Below are positions 36,982 through 45,522 of a DNA stretch of 64,000 nt, piece by piece. Made by a program: the position numbers and the translations under genes. The stretch covers positions 124,001-188,000 of the IMG/VR virus record IMGVR_UViG_3300004463_000226. The stretch is one strand, 5' to 3'. Positions within the stretch are counted from its first letter, which is position 1. Each line of letters starts with the position of its first letter. The notes below the pieces were generated by a model. It did no database searches, had not been told where the DNA came from, and saw only the letters and a program-made list of their open reading frames with translations.

Positions 36982-39051
36982 ATGGTGGAGACTCCTAAAC
37001 AAAAGCGACGACCGTTTATTTATCACATTAAAACAAGAAATATTTCTTTCTTACAAACAGCTCGTGACTTAAAAGCTTTAGGTATTAAGAACAACATGTT
37101 CTTCTTAAAGCTTTATGATACGTCATTAGAATTTGTAGATCCTCATTCACCACATCTAACACACGAACAAACACTAAGAGTTATCAATGAATGTATTATC
37201 AATCCTTGGTATTTCTTACGTGAATGTGTTCGTATACCTGAGCAAGGCGGTAATGGTATCCCGTATCAATTACACCGTGCTAACTTAGCAGCAACTTTTT
37301 GTTTCTTGATGGGTATTGACCATTATTTGGTAATTCCTCGTCAGAAAGGTAAGACACAATCAACTGTTTCTTCTTTAAATTGGGCATTCCTATTCGGTAC
37401 TACAAGTTCCGAGTTCATGTTTATCAATAAACGTCAAGAGGATGCTAATAACAACCTTGACCGTCTAAAACAACAACGGGAATTACTCCCTTCATATATG
37501 CGTATGAAGGAGATTATTAACGATGACGGTAAACGTGAAGTAGGTCAAGATAACGTTAAGTCTATCACGAACCCTACAACAGGTAACAAAATTGTTACTA
37601 AACCTTCTGCCCGTTCTGTAGAAGCTGCTGAGGGATTAGGACGTGGTTGCACTCAACCAATTCAGTATTATGATGAGACCGAATTTACTCCGTTCATCAA
37701 AACAATTATTGAGGCTGCTGGTCCAGCATACAATACTGCATCGGCTAACGCTAGACGAAACAATGCGGCATATTGCCGTATCTTCACATCAACTCCTGGT
37801 GACTTAGATACACAGCCAGGGCAAGACTGTGCTCTTATCATTAATGAAACTTGTAAATGGACCGAGCAATTCTATGACTGGTCTAGAGATGATATTGAAG
37901 ATTACATTGCTAAAAACTCTGGTAATGGTATTGTCTATATCGAATACCAATACCAACAACTAGGTGATGATGAAGAATGGTTCAAACGTACTTGTCAAAC
38001 CCTATTAAATAACCCTGCTAAAATTAAGCGTGAAATTTTCTTACAACGTATGCGTGGTTCTTCTGAATCTCCATTTGAAACTGAAGATCTAAATGCTGTA
38101 CAGGAGTTAAAAGGTAAAGTATTAGAAGAAATCTTTATTAATAAATTATTCAAGTTAGATATTTATGAAAAACTTGATAGAAATAAAGTATACCTAGCTG
38201 GTATGGACTGTGCTGGAGGTCTTGGTGAGGATAATACTGCTATTACAGTAATTGATCCTTATACATTGAAACCTGTAGCTGAATTTAAATCTCCATACAT
38301 TGGTATACCTGATGCTGTTAAATTTGTACGTACAATGATTAGAAAATACATCCCTAGATGTATTATGGCTATAGAGCGAAATAACGTTGGTACAGCTATT
38401 ATTGACGGTCTTCGTGAAACAGATGTACGTGCTAATATTTACTTTGATGATTCTAAAGATTTCATTGAAGTTGATGATAAATTAGATCCGCAAGGATTCT
38501 TAGCTAGACAAGCGGCTAGACGTAAACTATACGGTGTATGGACTGGTCCTAAATCCCGTGATATCATGTTTACTATTCTAGAAGCTCATATGGCTGAATA
38601 CAAAGATAAGTTCGTTACTGAGAATATTATCAATGACTTAGTGAGTCTTATCCGTAAAAAGAATGGACGTATTGAACATGCACCAGGATTCCATGATGAC
38701 TCATTATTCTCATATCTAATTGGTCTCTATGTTTACTATCATGGTAAGAATCTACATAGATTCGGATTCGTTAGAGGTCAATTACCTGATGAAGAGCAAC
38801 AAAATAAGGGATTAACTTATGAAGAAATCTTTAATGAAATGCCTGAAGAAATGAAACAAGCTTTTGCTAACTTTAGTGTTAAAACTGAAGATGATTACAG
38901 TGCTAAGATACGGGCTGAGATAGATGCTGCTAGAAGAGAAGTTCAGTATGTAAATTCTATTCTTAAACCTACGAATCTGGCTGAAAACTTTGATGAGCTT
39001 GAATATGAAGCAGATATACCATTAAGTTTCTTCGATGATTTAAATAATTAG
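36982..39051 (+). CDS. terL: terminase large subunit
   Basis: Walker A PRQKGKT, Walker B YYDETE, IFTST, nuclease AGMDCAGGLGED, AIERNNVG, HDDS. Confidence 0.92.
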   Translation: MVETPKQKRRPFIYHIKTRNISFLQTARDLKALGIKNNMFFLKLYDTSLEFVDPHSPHLTHEQTLRVINECIINPWYFLRECVRIPEQGGNGIPYQLHRANLAATFCFLMGIDHYLVIPRQKGKTQSTVSSLNWAFLFGTTSSEFMFINKRQEDANNNLDRLKQQRELLPSYMRMKEIINDDGKREVGQDNVKSITNPTTGNKIVTKPSARSVEAAEGLGRGCTQPIQYYDETEFTPFIKTIIEAAGPAYNTASANARRNNAAYCRIFTSTPGDLDTQPGQDCALIINETCKWTEQFYDWSRDDIEDYIAKNSGNGIVYIEYQYQQLGDDEEWFKRTCQTLLNNPAKIKREIFLQRMRGSSESPFETEDLNAVQELKGKVLEEIFINKLFKLDIYEKLDRNKVYLAGMDCAGGLGEDNTAITVIDPYTLKPVAEFKSPYIGIPDAVKFVRTMIRKYIPRCIMAIERNNVGTAIIDGLRETDVRANIYFDDSKDFIEVDDKLDPQGFLARQAARRKLYGVWTGPKSRDIMFTILEAHMAEYKDKFVTENIINDLVSLIRKKNGRIEHAPGFHDDSLFSYLIGLYVYYHGKNLHRFGFVRGQLPDEEQQNKGLTYEEIFNEMPEEMKQAFANFSVKTEDDYSAKIRAEIDAARREVQYVNSILKPTNLAENFDELEYEADIPLSFFDDLNN

Positions 39052-39078
39052 TATAGGGAGACTTATGTCTCCTTATAC
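39051..39078 (+). terminator. terminator after terL
   Basis: gtatagggagac-ttat-gtctccttatac + T-tract. Confidence 0.75.
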
Positions 39079-39095
39079 TTTTTTACTTTGTCAGT

Positions 39096-39107
39096 AACAG
39101 ATTGTTA
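39096..39107 (+). promoter_or_regulatory. putative late promoter
   Basis: AACAGATTGTTA. Confidence 0.65.
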
Positions 39108-39127
39108 ATTATAAATAAAAATGTGGG

Positions 39128-39877
39128 GTGTCAAAAATGTTATTTGATGAAGAGCAATACGATCTTTGTTCTGATACAGAAATAGATATGCTTCTGGCAG
39201 ATTTGCCTTTTGACTTACTCAAGGAAAATTTACGTTATCAGATTAAAGATCCATTAGCAACTAATGTTAACTATATTGAAAACGCTATAGATAAGTTTAG
39301 AGTACTGCGTGAAACATATAGTGAGAATGCTGACGCTATCAGGAATATCAATAGTCTTACAGTAAATTTCTTTGCATTTATTATCAAGCAAATTGATGAG
39401 CAGTTTGATCTAGATATTGATGTTGACTTCTCAGATGTACAAGAGACTGTTGAAGTCGGTGAAGCTTTGTATAACTTCTTAATTCTTAGATATAAAAAGA
39501 ATATAACGAAGTTCATATATAGATTTATTAAAAAGAATAAAAAGAGATTAGTGGAAGAATTTGAAGGGCAGTATAAGAAAAAGGACGTTACTTCCATATC
39601 TCTTAAGAAGAAAATTAAAAATAAAGATGACGTCCTAATAATTTCTAATCTACCGAGCATTATAAAATACATCATGAACTTAGAGATAGAGCCGTTGGAT
39701 TTTATTGAGTATGCTACCAAATCAGAACTATATGAAGGTAACTACTTGTCCAATATGATTCTTCAAGGAAAGTTGATTGGTAATTTTGTCCATGAGTATG
39801 TAAATCTAATCAATGAAGATTACGACTATATACTGGACGAGATTCAAACTGATGTAAAAATGAAGTTAATGAACTAA
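39128..39877 (+). CDS. late hypothetical protein
   Basis: ORF after late motif; start may be 39137. Confidence 0.75.
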   Translation: MSKMLFDEEQYDLCSDTEIDMLLADLPFDLLKENLRYQIKDPLATNVNYIENAIDKFRVLRETYSENADAIRNINSLTVNFFAFIIKQIDEQFDLDIDVDFSDVQETVEVGEALYNFLILRYKKNITKFIYRFIKKNKKRLVEEFEGQYKKKDVTSISLKKKIKNKDDVLIISNLPSIIKYIMNLEIEPLDFIEYATKSELYEGNYLSNMILQGKLIGNFVHEYVNLINEDYDYILDEIQTDVKMKLMN

Positions 39878-39900
39878 TTTTAATTTTTAAATATCTCAAT

Positions 39901-39912
39901 AACATATAGATA
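39901..39912 (+). promoter_or_regulatory. putative late promoter
   Basis: AACATATAGATA. Confidence 0.65.
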
Positions 39913-39940
39913 TTAATATTAGGAGAGAGGGTAATTAAAG

Positions 39941-41032
39941 ATGGAAGAAACTAACGTAATTGGAGTAGATTTTGGAAAAGGTGAAGATTCTACAGGAGTA
40001 AAAGTATATCCGAATTTAAATACTGATTATGTAGATGGAGCACATGCAACTGATTTTGTTACACCTCAGGTATTAAACGCTGAATCTATGGCTGAACAAG
40101 GAATGACTGTAGCAATCGCTGGTAGAGGATCCGCTGTAACTGTTGAGCAAGCTAGAAATATCCTTGGAGCACATGAGCAAATTAATTTAATTAATACAAT
40201 GCGTGATGAAATGAAAAAAAATAAACTGCAAGTACTCGGCAATGATGACCTTGCACAAAAAATCAGTGATAAAATTTCACACTTGAACCCAGCTGCAATT
40301 GCTGCTCTTACTGATGAGCAAGTTAGAGAGTTTTATACTGATGAAAACGGCGAAATGGAATTTGATCTTGAAATGACTAAAGGTCATAGTGAGATTGAGT
40401 TCAAGCGTGATTTCTTAGTATATCTTCGTGAAACTGATATTGCTGACAAATCTTTTGACGAGCAAATGGATACTCTACAAGCCAGCATTAAAGAGTATCA
40501 AGATGAATTAAATACATTGCTTTCTGACTATGGTGATTTAAGTGCATTTATGCGCAGCAAATTACAGGAAGAGTATGATGCGGCTGCTCCTGAACGTAAG
40601 GAGAAATTACTCCTAATCATGGATGCTTATGATGATTCATATACATTGGACCGTGTGTTAGAACACTTCCAAAAGTTCGGTCGTAATGTTCTTAACGATT
40701 ATAAACATCGCCCTGATGCTTTGTATAAAAAATTTGTCAAAGCTACAAAAGAGTTAAAACTTAAAGCTGACTTCTCAGCATTCAACAATGTTGAGAAAAA
40801 CTTCTTAGAAGAGAAGTACCAGCAGTATCCTAATCTATTTATGTTCTTAGTAATTAAGATGTATGCACAAAAGAAGGATCTTACAAACAATGTTGACGGT
40901 GTATTCTTGTCTCAAGTGGCTGTTAACTTGAAATCTTTATATGCTAATTCTTTCGGATCTGAAGAAAAGAAACAAGGATTCTTAAATGCAATCCGCAAAG
41001 TATTGGATCTTTTCGTTGAGGATGCTGAATAA
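39941..41032 (+). CDS. late hypothetical helical protein
   Basis: ORF after late motif; N-terminal VIGVDFGKGEDSTG. Confidence 0.8.
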   Translation: MEETNVIGVDFGKGEDSTGVKVYPNLNTDYVDGAHATDFVTPQVLNAESMAEQGMTVAIAGRGSAVTVEQARNILGAHEQINLINTMRDEMKKNKLQVLGNDDLAQKISDKISHLNPAAIAALTDEQVREFYTDENGEMEFDLEMTKGHSEIEFKRDFLVYLRETDIADKSFDEQMDTLQASIKEYQDELNTLLSDYGDLSAFMRSKLQEEYDAAAPERKEKLLLIMDAYDDSYTLDRVLEHFQKFGRNVLNDYKHRPDALYKKFVKATKELKLKADFSAFNNVEKNFLEEKYQQYPNLFMFLVIKMYAQKKDLTNNVDGVFLSQVAVNLKSLYANSFGSEEKKQGFLNAIRKVLDLFVEDAE

Positions 41033-41034
41033 TA

Positions 41035-41853
41035 ATGGACAAATCTGTGGCTGCAACTATACCAGAGTCGTCGTTCCAGAATCCAATTGAGCACTATGTT
41101 AATTGCACTAAGTGTGATCATGGTGGTATACCATTATGGTACGTGCCTGAAAAACAAGCTGCAATGGGTTCTTGTTTTATGTGCGGTAATCAAGTTGCAA
41201 TTAAATTACTTCCTTATGAATATTCTATAGGTAGTGAAGGGATAACAAAGAAGGTTAAATTTGTTTTAGAAAGTTTAAAAAATGTACCTGATGTTGTAGC
41301 ACAGCAAGGTTTTGAATATCATGCTATATTAAAATATCCTGCTGAGGAACAACGGTTTGGAAGTCAGGTTGTTAATCTGAGAATAGCACACAACAGGTCA
41401 TTTATAGCATGGGCTAATGAAAGAAATGTTAGTGATTTGATAACAAACGAAGAAGTTGATGCTGTATATGATTCATTAAAAAAATCTACTTCTACAAGCC
41501 TTAATAAAGAATTTGAAGTTCGGGTTAAGTATCCAACAACAAATGATAGAGTGGATAAAGTATGTAAATTCACTATAAGAAAATACTCATTCTATCCAGG
41601 TGCTGAGGGAAAAGAAATTATGTCAACCTTTACTCTGGAGTATGACGATATTGATAGATTTGGTGAGAATAAAATTGTTGTCACTGTATACGCGGACAGT
41701 ACATTTATTGCTCTCACATATGAAAGATCTGTTAATGTTACATCAAAGCTTTATAAAGAAGAGGTTGATGCTGTAATATATCAAATTCTTCAACCTGGAC
41801 CTTCAGTAGATAAGGAAATGGTTGTCACATTTAGACATTCGATTTCAAAATAA
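41035..41853 (+). CDS. zinc-ribbon protein with duplicated C-terminal domain
   Basis: CTKC...CFMC; two RFG...FIA...ER.V...EEVDAV repeats. Confidence 0.75.
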   Translation: MDKSVAATIPESSFQNPIEHYVNCTKCDHGGIPLWYVPEKQAAMGSCFMCGNQVAIKLLPYEYSIGSEGITKKVKFVLESLKNVPDVVAQQGFEYHAILKYPAEEQRFGSQVVNLRIAHNRSFIAWANERNVSDLITNEEVDAVYDSLKKSTSTSLNKEFEVRVKYPTTNDRVDKVCKFTIRKYSFYPGAEGKEIMSTFTLEYDDIDRFGENKIVVTVYADSTFIALTYERSVNVTSKLYKEEVDAVIYQILQPGPSVDKEMVVTFRHSISK

Positions 41854-41854
41854 T

Positions 41855-41866
41855 AACAATAGAGTA
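41855..41866 (+). promoter_or_regulatory. putative late promoter overlapping a hairpin
   Basis: AACAATAGAGTA. Confidence 0.55.
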
Positions 41867-41894
41867 AGAGTAGGCTATATGCCGCTCTTACTCT
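41861..41894 (+). terminator. terminator
   Basis: agagtaagag...ctcttactct + T-tract. Confidence 0.7.
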
Positions 41895-41926
41895 ATTTTT
41901 TAACGTCTTCAAAGGAAGGTGATGTT

Positions 41927-42664
41927 ATGTTAAGTAAAATGGTTAAAGATGACGGTGAACATATTGTCTTTAATGGTCACTATATGGAGGCATATATTCC
42001 TGAGTTCTACTTTAAAGGTAAACTGGGAGAAGACTATGGTTCATCTATTCGAGTATTTGGTTTATTTAATATCAGAACTTTTGATGATAAAAATAAGCCA
42101 TTAAAACTAGAGACATTTAATGTCCCTACAATGATTTACATGTTTCCATCTGAGATGGAAAAGAAAGAACTTCAATTAATTCCTGGTGATGAAGATGGAG
42201 TTGAAGCTTACTATGTAGCTAAGTTCTATAGGGGTAATATTATTATGTCCAATAGCATTCCACAGGATGCTGGTAACGTGGAATTATTCCTAGATGTATT
42301 AACTCGTGGTAAAGTTCCTAAGACTATTCCTTATAGTCAGGTATTACAAGTATGGCAGAAGAACCTTGAGTTAAATGGAGTTAAATTAGGGGTTACGTCC
42401 ACAGTATTAGAGATTATTATCTCTGAAATTTATCGTAACAAGAAAAAACCTGAGGAAACTTTTGCTAAGCTTATTGGCAGAGAGCCATCTACATCTGAGT
42501 TTGCATATCGTACAGCAAATATTCGTGAGATATGTGCACGTAACTCTACATTCGCAGCATTGACGTTTGAGGACATGGATCAAATGATTACATCTTCATT
42601 AAATATCAATAATTATAACAAACAAGAATCAAGCTCTCCAATAGAAAAAATAATAAAGATGTGA
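41927..42664 (+). CDS. probable virion RNAP beta-prime extreme C-terminal subunit
   Basis: VLEIIISEIYR...STFAALTFEDMDQMI...SPIEKII parallels beta-prime HIEVIVRQM...SFISAASFQE and the C-terminus of the 22140 subunit; late motif. Confidence 0.7.
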   Translation: MLSKMVKDDGEHIVFNGHYMEAYIPEFYFKGKLGEDYGSSIRVFGLFNIRTFDDKNKPLKLETFNVPTMIYMFPSEMEKKELQLIPGDEDGVEAYYVAKFYRGNIIMSNSIPQDAGNVELFLDVLTRGKVPKTIPYSQVLQVWQKNLELNGVKLGVTSTVLEIIISEIYRNKKKPEETFAKLIGREPSTSEFAYRTANIREICARNSTFAALTFEDMDQMITSSLNINNYNKQESSSPIEKIIKM

Positions 42665-42675
42665 TCTGTTAAACG

Positions 42676-42687
42676 AACATTAAATTA
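42676..42687 (+). promoter_or_regulatory. putative late promoter
   Basis: AACATTAAATTA ahead of sheath gene. Confidence 0.7.
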
Positions 42688-42714
42688 AAAATATATGTAT
42701 AGGAGGTAGAAATT

Positions 42715-44580
42715 ATGCCGCAAGTAGGACAAATCATTCCTAGCTACCTACAACCGCATACGATGACTGTCATCAATGATAACACTGTGTTTCAAGAAGA
42801 TCAGTTACCATCGGTAGTTGTAGAAGAACTAGTCCGTTCAGCGTTTGTTTTTGTATCCGCTAAAGGACGTGATGGCGTAGTTTTAGAAAAAACGAATGAA
42901 CCAGACTTCCTTGAAGAGTATGGTATTCCAAACTTTAAACTTCATGGACAGCCTATCTATAATGCCCATGCATTCGTATCCCAGGATCAAACTAAGGGAT
43001 GGTGCATGCGTGTTATGCCGCCAGATGCAACATATTCAAACCTTTGTATCGTGGCTAAGGTAAAAGTTGATACAACTATTCCTGCTACTCCACGTTTAAT
43101 CATTCGGTTTGAAGCATTGCAGCACAATGGCATCGATTCTATTGAAGATTTCTCAGCAGTAACTGACCTTTTAACATCTACAACTCCTGACGTTGATGGA
43201 TTCCGCACATATCCTTTAATGACGTTCTATAGCTTAGGACGCGGTGTATATGGTGATGGATTCCGTATGCGTATTACTGGAGCTACACAAGAGGATATTG
43301 CAACAGGTTTCAGAAACTATCGTTTCGAAGTTCTTGAACTTGAAAATACTATCTCTCAAAAAGAATCTTTCACAGGTGCTGTTTATCCAGCTGCTATCAA
43401 AGATAAACTTTCAATCTACATTTCTGACTTGATCCTTGATCCTGAAGCAGGAAGTTCTAAGATTGGTGTATATCTTGTTGAAGATAGCTTCTCAGCAATC
43501 TATGATATCTATAAAGAACAAGTGCGCACTAACACAACAATCACTGAAGATCAATTCAGCATTCTTACAGGTCTTAATTCAGACCTTACTACAATTGATG
43601 GTGTTGTTTTCGATACATCAAACAGTGCACACGTACCATTAGATGCTCCTGAAGGCATTCCTCTTTCTGGAGGTAATGATGGAGCTTTCACTTACGATGT
43701 AGCTAACTTGGCTGCTCGTGAAACAGCGATTGACACAGCTTACTCTGCTGCATTCCGTGGAACATCGAATCGTACTCTTTTGAGTAAACATCGTACACCA
43801 TGTGATTTCATTCTTGATGCAGGATATTCTGATGAAGTTAAACGCGACCTTGTAGCATTACTAACTCGTCGTTATGATGCATTAGGTCACATTGATGGTG
43901 GAATTTTGAATACTGCTACTGATGCTATTACATGGGGTACTTCCATAGCTTCATTATCTGACAGAGTATTCACTAAACAATTCCAACATTACAAAGTCCG
44001 CGATCCATTTAGCGGCAGACCAATTCCAGTTACTATTACTTATTACTTTGCGCAAAATCTTGCTCGTCATATCTTGGATAATGGAATTCATACTCCATTC
44101 ATCGGCGAAGCATTTGCACCGTTAACTGGAGCAATTAAAAACTCTCTTCGTCCTGTTATTGACGCTGATGATTTGGACCTTAAAGAACAGTTCTACAAGC
44201 TTCGCTTGAATTATTTCCAAGCTATTGCTGAGAACACATTTGTTCGTGGTACTCAAACAACATCTCAGGATGTATGGTCAGATCTTTCTGAAGAAAATAA
44301 TATGGGAACTCTACTTGAAATGAAACGTATGGTTGAAGGCTTAGTTGATGGTTTAACATATAACTTTGCTGATGCTGACGATCGTTCAGAGTTCACTGCT
44401 GATGCAAACCGTTTATTCGCAGATGGTTATGTTGGTACTAAAGTAGAAACTGCTTCTGTTACATTCAGCATGACTAAATGGGAAGAAGAACGCAGTATCA
44501 TTCACTGCTACCTAAATGTAGTATTCCGTACATTAGGTAAACGCTCTATTGTTGAGATCGACATCAACAAACGAGTATAA
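42715..44580 (+). CDS. tail sheath protein
   Basis: N-terminal PHTMTVINDN, LSGGNDG, DFILDAGY, C-terminal domain with SIVEIDIN. Confidence 0.88.
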   Translation: MPQVGQIIPSYLQPHTMTVINDNTVFQEDQLPSVVVEELVRSAFVFVSAKGRDGVVLEKTNEPDFLEEYGIPNFKLHGQPIYNAHAFVSQDQTKGWCMRVMPPDATYSNLCIVAKVKVDTTIPATPRLIIRFEALQHNGIDSIEDFSAVTDLLTSTTPDVDGFRTYPLMTFYSLGRGVYGDGFRMRITGATQEDIATGFRNYRFEVLELENTISQKESFTGAVYPAAIKDKLSIYISDLILDPEAGSSKIGVYLVEDSFSAIYDIYKEQVRTNTTITEDQFSILTGLNSDLTTIDGVVFDTSNSAHVPLDAPEGIPLSGGNDGAFTYDVANLAARETAIDTAYSAAFRGTSNRTLLSKHRTPCDFILDAGYSDEVKRDLVALLTRRYDALGHIDGGILNTATDAITWGTSIASLSDRVFTKQFQHYKVRDPFSGRPIPVTITYYFAQNLARHILDNGIHTPFIGEAFAPLTGAIKNSLRPVIDADDLDLKEQFYKLRLNYFQAIAENTFVRGTQTTSQDVWSDLSEENNMGTLLEMKRMVEGLVDGLTYNFADADDRSEFTADANRLFADGYVGTKVETASVTFSMTKWEEERSIIHCYLNVVFRTLGKRSIVEIDINKRV

Positions 44581-44613
44581 AACGGAAAATAAATAAAAAA
44601 GGAGTGAAAAAGA

Positions 44614-45471
44614 ATGGCTACTACTACAGTTAAAGATAAATCTACGTTACAATCCAATATTAAGCAGGCTGCTACTAATATGCAAGCATATTCACTGTTT
44701 CTTGGCGGATTAAACGTACGTAGTGAAGTGTTGGCACAATTCACGCCATTGAAAACTGGTTATGCTCGTATCTTCCTAGTTAAGATGCCAGTGTTCATGC
44801 AAAAACAGTTTCCTAATAAAACAAAAACATTCAAACACTTAGTTGAGTATGGATTCGTTGGTGTAGACGGTATCCAAAACTTGACAATGGACTTTGAACA
44901 AGTTACAGGTGGTTATGCAGCTCGTCAGTTTGATGTTGCTACTGTAGCTAAAGATGAAACAAATGAAATCACTGTCAAAATGTATGAATTCTCTGGTTCT
45001 CCAACTCGTGAATACATTGACATGTGGATGACTGGTGTTTCTGACCCAATGACAGGTATTGCTCACTATCATGGTGCAATGGACCTTGACAAAGCACCCG
45101 TTAAATTAAACCAAGCAAACCATACAATGGAAGCAATCTACGTACAGACTGATGCGTCTGGACGCCATGATGCTGTTGAGTATGCTTGTATGATTGCTAA
45201 CATGATGCCTAAACAGTCTAAAAAGGATCACTTCAACTATGAGGCTGGTACTCACTCTCTAGTTCAAACTGATGTTCCTTTTACAGCTGTTAAATATGAA
45301 TCTCGTCAAATCAATGACATCGCTGAGGCATTGGTTAAACGTTTCGCTCTTCGTCGTAACTTCTTATCGTTCCAATCTGGATACATTGATACGACTGAGC
45401 AAAAAACGCCACCAGAAAAGAAACTCGTTACGGATGTTCGCTACATGCCACGTCCATCTCTTGTCTGGTAA
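44614..45471 (+). CDS. tail tube protein
   Basis: Directly after sheath; EITVKMYE..GSPTREYIDMWMTG pattern. Confidence 0.75.
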   Translation: MATTTVKDKSTLQSNIKQAATNMQAYSLFLGGLNVRSEVLAQFTPLKTGYARIFLVKMPVFMQKQFPNKTKTFKHLVEYGFVGVDGIQNLTMDFEQVTGGYAARQFDVATVAKDETNEITVKMYEFSGSPTREYIDMWMTGVSDPMTGIAHYHGAMDLDKAPVKLNQANHTMEAIYVQTDASGRHDAVEYACMIANMMPKQSKKDHFNYEAGTHSLVQTDVPFTAVKYESRQINDIAEALVKRFALRRNFLSFQSGYIDTTEQKTPPEKKLVTDVRYMPRPSLVW

Positions 45472-45477
45472 TAAAAC

Positions 45478-45514
45478 AAATAGTCTATACTGGGATAACC
45501 AGTATAGACTATTT
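45478..45514. terminator. bidirectional terminator between tube and portal
   Basis: aaatagtctatactgg-gataa-ccagtatagactattt. Confidence 0.8.
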
Positions 45515-45522
45515 TTAATGTC

